Origin: Desulfatiglandales bacterium
Lineage (GTDB): Bacteria; Desulfobacterota; DSM-4660; Desulfatiglandales; HGW-15
NCBI GenBank assembly: GCA_963667015.2
Contig: CAXXJJ010000001.1
Span: forward strand, 1,664,001 to 1,728,000
Direction: 5' to 3'
Length of the DNA stretch: 64,000 nucleotides
Each line of letters begins with the position of its first letter. Within the stretch, counting starts at the first letter, position 1. Below, piece by piece: positions 59,163 to 64,000 of the stretch. Below the pieces are notes generated by a model, which was given only the letters and a program-made list of their open reading frames with translations, was not told the DNA's origin and did no database searches. The translations under genes and the position numbers were made by a program.

Positions 59163-60878
59163 TTGGCTGATAATCATGAAGTAATGGATGTGGATGTGCT
59201 TTTTGTTGGCGGTGGGGTTGCATCTTTAAGCAGTGCCTTGCACCTCTCCAACCTTATTAAAAAATATAATGAAACTAAAAAAGATGGCGAAGGCGCGAAT
59301 CTTGATGAAGTGATGATAGCTGTCCTTGAAAAAGGGCCTTTTCCGGGAGCCCATGGAATATCAGGTGCTGCTATTGATCCTACGCCTCTAAAGGAGCTTG
59401 TTCCAGATTATCTTGAAAAGGGCGCGCCTATAGAAGGCCATGTAGAAAAAGAAACGGTTTATTTCCTTAAAGAGAATGGCCAGTTCAAACTGCCCATGGG
59501 ACTTGCCCCTAAAAGCCTTAACCCCTTGGATAATCATGGAAACTGCATTGTATCCGTTTCACGGCTGAACGAATGGCTTGCCGGCTTTCTGGAAGAAAAC
59601 GGCGTGGATATATTCCCCGGTTTTCCGGGTGTGGAAGTCCTTTACGAAGGGGAACGTGTAATTGGCGTCAGGACAGGAGATCAGGGTATTGCAGGTGATG
59701 GAAGTCAAAAATCAAATTTTGAACCCGGAATCGACCTGCACGCAAAGGTGACTGTCTTCGGTGAAGGCTCCAGAGGAAGTCTTACCAAGCAGATATTGAA
59801 AAAATTCTATCAGGATGCAGATAAAAATCCCGCAGGTTATGAGGTTGGTGTAAAAGAAGTATGGGAGCTTCCCGAGCAGAGACTTGAACCGGGTGAGATC
59901 ATCCACACAATGGGTTACCCCTTAAAGTCAGATACATTTGGCGGTGGTTTTATATATGGCATGAAGGACAATAAGATCAGTATTGGTCAGCTTATAAGCC
60001 TTGACTACAGCGATCCCTTTCTTGATCCTCACCGTGAATTCCAGAAAATGAAGATGCATCCTCTGATCAGTGATATTCTCAAGGGCGGGAAAATGATCCA
60101 ATACGGGGCAAAGAGTGTTCCTGTAAGCGGTTATTTCTCTGTCCCCAGACTGGCTTTTGATGGCGGTATGATTATTGGTGATTCGGCTAATCTCTTTAAT
60201 GCAATTAAGATTAAAGGTGTCAACCTTGCCATGAGATCCGGCATGGTGGCGGCAGAAACGATTTTTAACTGTCTGGTTAATGATGACTTTTCAACCGGCA
60301 GTCTGGAAAGTTACAGGGATAACCTGATGAAGACACCGGAACTGGCTGACATGTATAAGTCCCGTAACTTCCATCAGGCGATGGAAAGGGGACTTTACAA
60401 AGGTCTCATGACAGTAGGCCTTCAGGTGCTTCTTGGCGGCAGTATCTTCAAATCGCGCCTTGAGTCAACTCCTGATCATACCCATATGAAAAAGGTCAAT
60501 CAGGCCTATGGCACTGATAATGTCTCGGATGCCCAGAAGGGCGATATCAAGTATGATGGAAAACTTACCTTTGATAAGGAAACCGATGTCTATTATTCCG
60601 GTGCAACACACGAAGAAGATCAGCCACCTCATCTGCACATAAAAGATTATGATATCTGCTATACCCAGTGTGCAAAGGACTTTCAGAATCCATGTGTAAG
60701 GTTCTGTCCTGCAAATGTGTATGAGATGGAAACTGATGAGGAAACCGGAAAGAAAAAACTTAAACTGAACTTTTCAAACTGTGTTCATTGCAAGACCTGT
60801 GATATCAAAGATCCCTATGAAAATATTACATGGGTTCCGCCTGAAGGCGGCGGCGGTCCCAAATACAGTATGATGTAG
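59163..60878 (+). CDS. Electron transfer flavoprotein-quinone oxidoreductase
   Basis: DVLFVGGG, GAHGISGA, GVKEVWE, IKGVNLAMRSGM, THEEDQPPHL, CPANVYE, NCVHCKTCDIKDP, WVPPEGGGGPKY. Confidence 0.92.
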   Translation: MADNHEVMDVDVLFVGGGVASLSSALHLSNLIKKYNETKKDGEGANLDEVMIAVLEKGPFPGAHGISGAAIDPTPLKELVPDYLEKGAPIEGHVEKETVYFLKENGQFKLPMGLAPKSLNPLDNHGNCIVSVSRLNEWLAGFLEENGVDIFPGFPGVEVLYEGERVIGVRTGDQGIAGDGSQKSNFEPGIDLHAKVTVFGEGSRGSLTKQILKKFYQDADKNPAGYEVGVKEVWELPEQRLEPGEIIHTMGYPLKSDTFGGGFIYGMKDNKISIGQLISLDYSDPFLDPHREFQKMKMHPLISDILKGGKMIQYGAKSVPVSGYFSVPRLAFDGGMIIGDSANLFNAIKIKGVNLAMRSGMVAAETIFNCLVNDDFSTGSLESYRDNLMKTPELADMYKSRNFHQAMERGLYKGLMTVGLQVLLGGSIFKSRLESTPDHTHMKKVNQAYGTDNVSDAQKGDIKYDGKLTFDKETDVYYSGATHEEDQPPHLHIKDYDICYTQCAKDFQNPCVRFCPANVYEMETDEETGKKKLKLNFSNCVHCKTCDIKDPYENITWVPPEGGGGPKYSMM

Positions 60879-61105
60879 AAGCTATTATGTTAAATGTAAA
60901 GCGTTTTTTATTGATTAGGCCAAGTACTTTTTGTATATAGAGCCAGCAAAAAATATCGGTTTAGGGTAAAGAGTTTGCGGGTCATTTCGAAATAAATTCC
61001 GACAAATTTTACACCTTAAACCGCATTTTTTATATATTATGTAATTTTTTATTACTTTATATAAGTTTTAATGTATTCTTGCCAAAATAGTTGAGGAGGA
61101 TGAGT

Positions 61106-62368
61106 ATGACAAGTACAGAGACTCAGAGTATTCTGGTAGTGGGTGGTGGAATCAGCGGTCTCACCACGGCTATCGAAGCAGCTGAAGCAGGCTATGATAC
61201 CTATATTATAGAGAAAAATCCCTATCTTGGTGGTAGAGTTGCTCAGCTTCATAATTATTTCCCCAAGATGTGCCCGCCCTCTTGCGGATTGGAAATCAAT
61301 TTCAGAAGAATAAGGCAAAATCCCAGAATCCGGTTTTTTACTATGGCCGAAGTGGAATCGATTTCGGGTGAAGAGGGTAATTTTGATGTTAAGATAAAAA
61401 TCAATCCTCGCTATGTAAACGAAAAATGTACTGCTTGCGGAAAATGTGCCGAAGTATGTAAGGCAGAGATTGATAATCCTTTCAATTATGGCATGAATAA
61501 AATCAAGGCGGCTTACATGCCTCATGACATGGCCTATCCTCCCAGATATATTCTTGATCCGTCTCTCGTAAAGGGCAGTGAGGCACAGAAGGTAAAGGAT
61601 GCCTGTCCATACGGTGCAATTGAACTGGATATGGAAGCAAAGACAATGGACCTCAAGGTCGGATCCATAGTGTGGGCCACCGGCTGGAAGCCATATGATC
61701 CTTCCAAGCTTGAAACCTACGGATTTCAGAATTATCCAGATGTAATAACCAACGTGATGATGGAAAGACTGGCCTCCTTCGGCGGTCCTACAAAGGGAAA
61801 AATAGTCCGCCCTTCTGACGGTGAAGCCCCAAAGAGCATAGCATTTGTGCAGTGTGCAGGCTCAAGAGATATTAATCATCTTCCCTTCTGTTCCGGGATA
61901 TGCTGCCTCGCCTCGATGAAACAGGCAACCTATGTTAGAGAACAGTATCCAGACGCTCAAATATACATCTGTTATATTGATATCAGGGCTACTGACAGGC
62001 TCGAGGCCTTTTACACCAATGTCAAAAAAGATGAGAAGATCAACTTCTTCAAGGGGAAGGTCGCCAAGATTGATCAGGGAGAGGATGGAAAGGCTCTGGT
62101 CCTGAGAGTAGAGAATACCACCACCGAAGAGATAAACGAACTTTCGGTTGATATGGTTGTTCTGGCAACCGGAATGGAACCCAATACTGCAAGTAGTCCG
62201 CTTCCCATTTCTATCCCATATGATGAGTATGGATTTATAGCTTCGAAAAATCCAAAGCCTGGAATTACGGGAGCAGGATGCTCAAGATCACCAATGAACG
62301 TTTCGGAAGCGGTTCAGGATGGAACTGCCGCAGCCCTGAAAGCTATTCAGTCCATCGTTAGGAGGTAG
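61106..62368 (+). CDS. qmoA: Quinone-modifying oxidoreductase subunit A (HdrA-like)
   Basis: ILVVGGGISGLTTAIEAAE, YFPKMCPPSCGLEIN, QCAGSRD..HLPFCSGICCLASMKQ; near aprBA; GAGGAGG RBS. Confidence 0.9.
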   Translation: MTSTETQSILVVGGGISGLTTAIEAAEAGYDTYIIEKNPYLGGRVAQLHNYFPKMCPPSCGLEINFRRIRQNPRIRFFTMAEVESISGEEGNFDVKIKINPRYVNEKCTACGKCAEVCKAEIDNPFNYGMNKIKAAYMPHDMAYPPRYILDPSLVKGSEAQKVKDACPYGAIELDMEAKTMDLKVGSIVWATGWKPYDPSKLETYGFQNYPDVITNVMMERLASFGGPTKGKIVRPSDGEAPKSIAFVQCAGSRDINHLPFCSGICCLASMKQATYVREQYPDAQIYICYIDIRATDRLEAFYTNVKKDEKINFFKGKVAKIDQGEDGKALVLRVENTTTEEINELSVDMVVLATGMEPNTASSPLPISIPYDEYGFIASKNPKPGITGAGCSRSPMNVSEAVQDGTAAALKAIQSIVRR

Positions 62369-62373
62369 ACCCA

Positions 62374-64000
62374 ATGGAAAAAAAGAGCGCAGTATATATT
62401 TGTACGGGATGTGGCATCGGAGATGCCCTTGATATAGACCAGCTTGCCCAGGTGGCTGCTGATGAATTCAGTGTGCCGATCTGCAAGCAGCATGCAAACC
62501 TGTGCAGCAAGGAAGGCGTTGAATTAATAAAAAAAGATATAGCAGATGAAGGTGTCAATGCCATAGCCATAGCAGCATGCTCACCCAGGGTGATGTATGA
62601 TACCTTTGATTTTGAAGGCTGCATAGTAGACAGAGTTAATTTGCGTGAACAGGTTGTCTGGAGCCAGAAGGAAAATGATGAAGATACCCAGATGATGGCG
62701 GAAGATTACATGCGTATGGGTATTACAAAAATAAACGGAATGGAATTGCCAGAGGGTTTTAAGCCCGAAGAGGAATTCTCAAAAGACATACTTGTTGTCG
62801 GCGGCGGATTAACCGGTCTCAATGCTGCACTTGAAGGCGCAAAAGCCGGGTATTCAATGATCCTTGTTGAAAAGGAAAACGATCTTGGCGGTTTTCAGAA
62901 AAATGTAAAGGAAGTCGCGATATCCCCCTTTAAGGAAGTCACAGAAAATGATCTTCAGACACTGATCAGGGAAGTGACCGATAATGAAAAGATCACCGTA
63001 TATACCGGCTCAACAATGGAAAGTATATCCGGTGGTCCTGGAATATTTAAAGCAAAAGTAAAACAGAGCGATGGCATTGCTGAACATAAAGTTGGTGCTG
63101 TTGTGCTTGCTGCAGGCTGGAAACCCTATGACCCTGAAAAACTTGATGCAAAACTCGGTTACGGCCAGTCTCCGGATGTAATAACCAATGTGATGTTTGA
63201 AGAGAGCACAGTCGAAGGCAAAATACTACGCCCGAGCGATAATAAGGAAGTAACAAATATCGCATTTCTCCAGTGTGCAGGCAGCCGTGATCCCAAACAT
63301 CTGCCTTACTGCTCATCAATATGCTGTACCGCTTCCCTTAAACAGGCGATCAGGGTAAAACAGCAGAATCCTGATGCCGGCGTATACATTGTATATAAAG
63401 AACTTAGAACCCCAGGCCAGTCTGAAGATTTGTACCGCAAGGCCCAGGAAGAGGGTGTGGTATTTATCAGGTGCCAGGATCCCGAGGTTAAGGTTGACGG
63501 CGCATTATCTGTCGAGGCTGATGATGAACTTCTCGGAGAAAAGGTAATAATAGATGATCTTGATATGGTTGTCCTGGCAACAGGCATGGTCACAGTATCT
63601 GCATTCGGCAGAGACATAACAAAGGAACAGCAGGCCGAATCGGATGAAGAGGACCTGGATGTACCTCTTGATGTAATCAGGCGGTCAAATCTCCTTAATC
63701 TCCAGTATCGTCAGGGTCCCGAGCTTCCTGCGCTTAATAATGATTTTCCTGATTCACATTTTATCTGCTTTCCCTATGAAAGCAGGCGTACCGGAATCTA
63801 TCCTGCAGGAACTATCAGAAGGCCCATGGGCATTGGAACAGCCACAGAGGATGCTGCCGGTGCCGTAATGAAGGCTATTCAGTGTATTGAACTTACCACA
63901 AAGGGCGCTGCTGTCCATCCAAGGGCAGGGGATATGACTTTCCCCCACTTTGAGATGAAACGCTGTACACAGTGTAAACGTTGCACGGTTGAATGTCCCT
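62374..64000 (+). CDS. qmoB: Quinone-modifying oxidoreductase subunit B (3'-truncated by window edge)
   Basis: Reads MEKKSAVYICTGCGIGDALD..CSPRV..RVNLREQVVW..LNLQYRQGPELP..FPDSHFICFPYESRRTG..RCTQCKRCTVECP and runs off the window. Confidence 0.92.
   Translation, partial: MEKKSAVYICTGCGIGDALDIDQLAQVAADEFSVPICKQHANLCSKEGVELIKKDIADEGVNAIAIAACSPRVMYDTFDFEGCIVDRVNLREQVVWSQKENDEDTQMMAEDYMRMGITKINGMELPEGFKPEEEFSKDILVVGGGLTGLNAALEGAKAGYSMILVEKENDLGGFQKNVKEVAISPFKEVTENDLQTLIREVTDNEKITVYTGSTMESISGGPGIFKAKVKQSDGIAEHKVGAVVLAAGWKPYDPEKLDAKLGYGQSPDVITNVMFEESTVEGKILRPSDNKEVTNIAFLQCAGSRDPKHLPYCSSICCTASLKQAIRVKQQNPDAGVYIVYKELRTPGQSEDLYRKAQEEGVVFIRCQDPEVKVDGALSVEADDELLGEKVIIDDLDMVVLATGMVTVSAFGRDITKEQQAESDEEDLDVPLDVIRRSNLLNLQYRQGPELPALNNDFPDSHFICFPYESRRTGIYPAGTIRRPMGIGTATEDAAGAVMKAIQCIELTTKGAAVHPRAGDMTFPHFEMKRCTQCKRCTVECP

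Noticed and set aside
61052..63948. Minus-strand ORFs over qmoA/qmoB
   Set aside because: Antisense shadows; the real gene is the plus-strand qmoB frame, missed by the ORF track because it has no stop inside the window.

Overview
A 64 kb chromosomal window from a sulfate-reducing bacterium, probably Desulfobacterota. This is inferred from aprBA, qmoA/qmoB, Rex-like operators and tmk-holB-PSP1 synteny. The left part carries a TonB2-like energiser cluster (DUF3450-like, two ExbB, two ExbD, TonB, TPR), a BlaI plus BlaR1(M56)-TonB fusion pair, a PAS-LuxR regulator, an outer-membrane gene pair, an ABC-F ATPase and housekeeping genes. The centre (about 22.2-44.8 kb, minus strand) is the most unusual part. 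A Bacteroidota-style exbB-exbD-exbD-tonB-small TM-PstS-like operon is followed by four tandem copies of a two-gene unit: a secreted protein of about 1140 aa (7 RCC1 blades plus about 17 ankyrin repeats) and a lipoprotein. Both partners have a conserved scaffold with a hypervariable insert. The array shows mosaic near-identity blocks and one frameshifted copy, and shares non-coding elements with the TonB operon and with the promoter next to the PAS-LuxR gene. The right part holds a displaced nth 3' fragment with a Phd-VapC module, nth, an AmmeMemoRadiSam cluster with export-like leaders, aprBA, a heterodimeric ABC exporter, a second PIN toxin-antitoxin (TA) pair, ETF-quinone oxidoreductase and qmoAB (cut by the window edge). 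A candidate sigma28-dependent sRNA lies at about 14.35 kb. No rRNA, tRNA, CRISPR array, transposase or reverse transcriptase was recognised. All calls were made by eye, without database searches.
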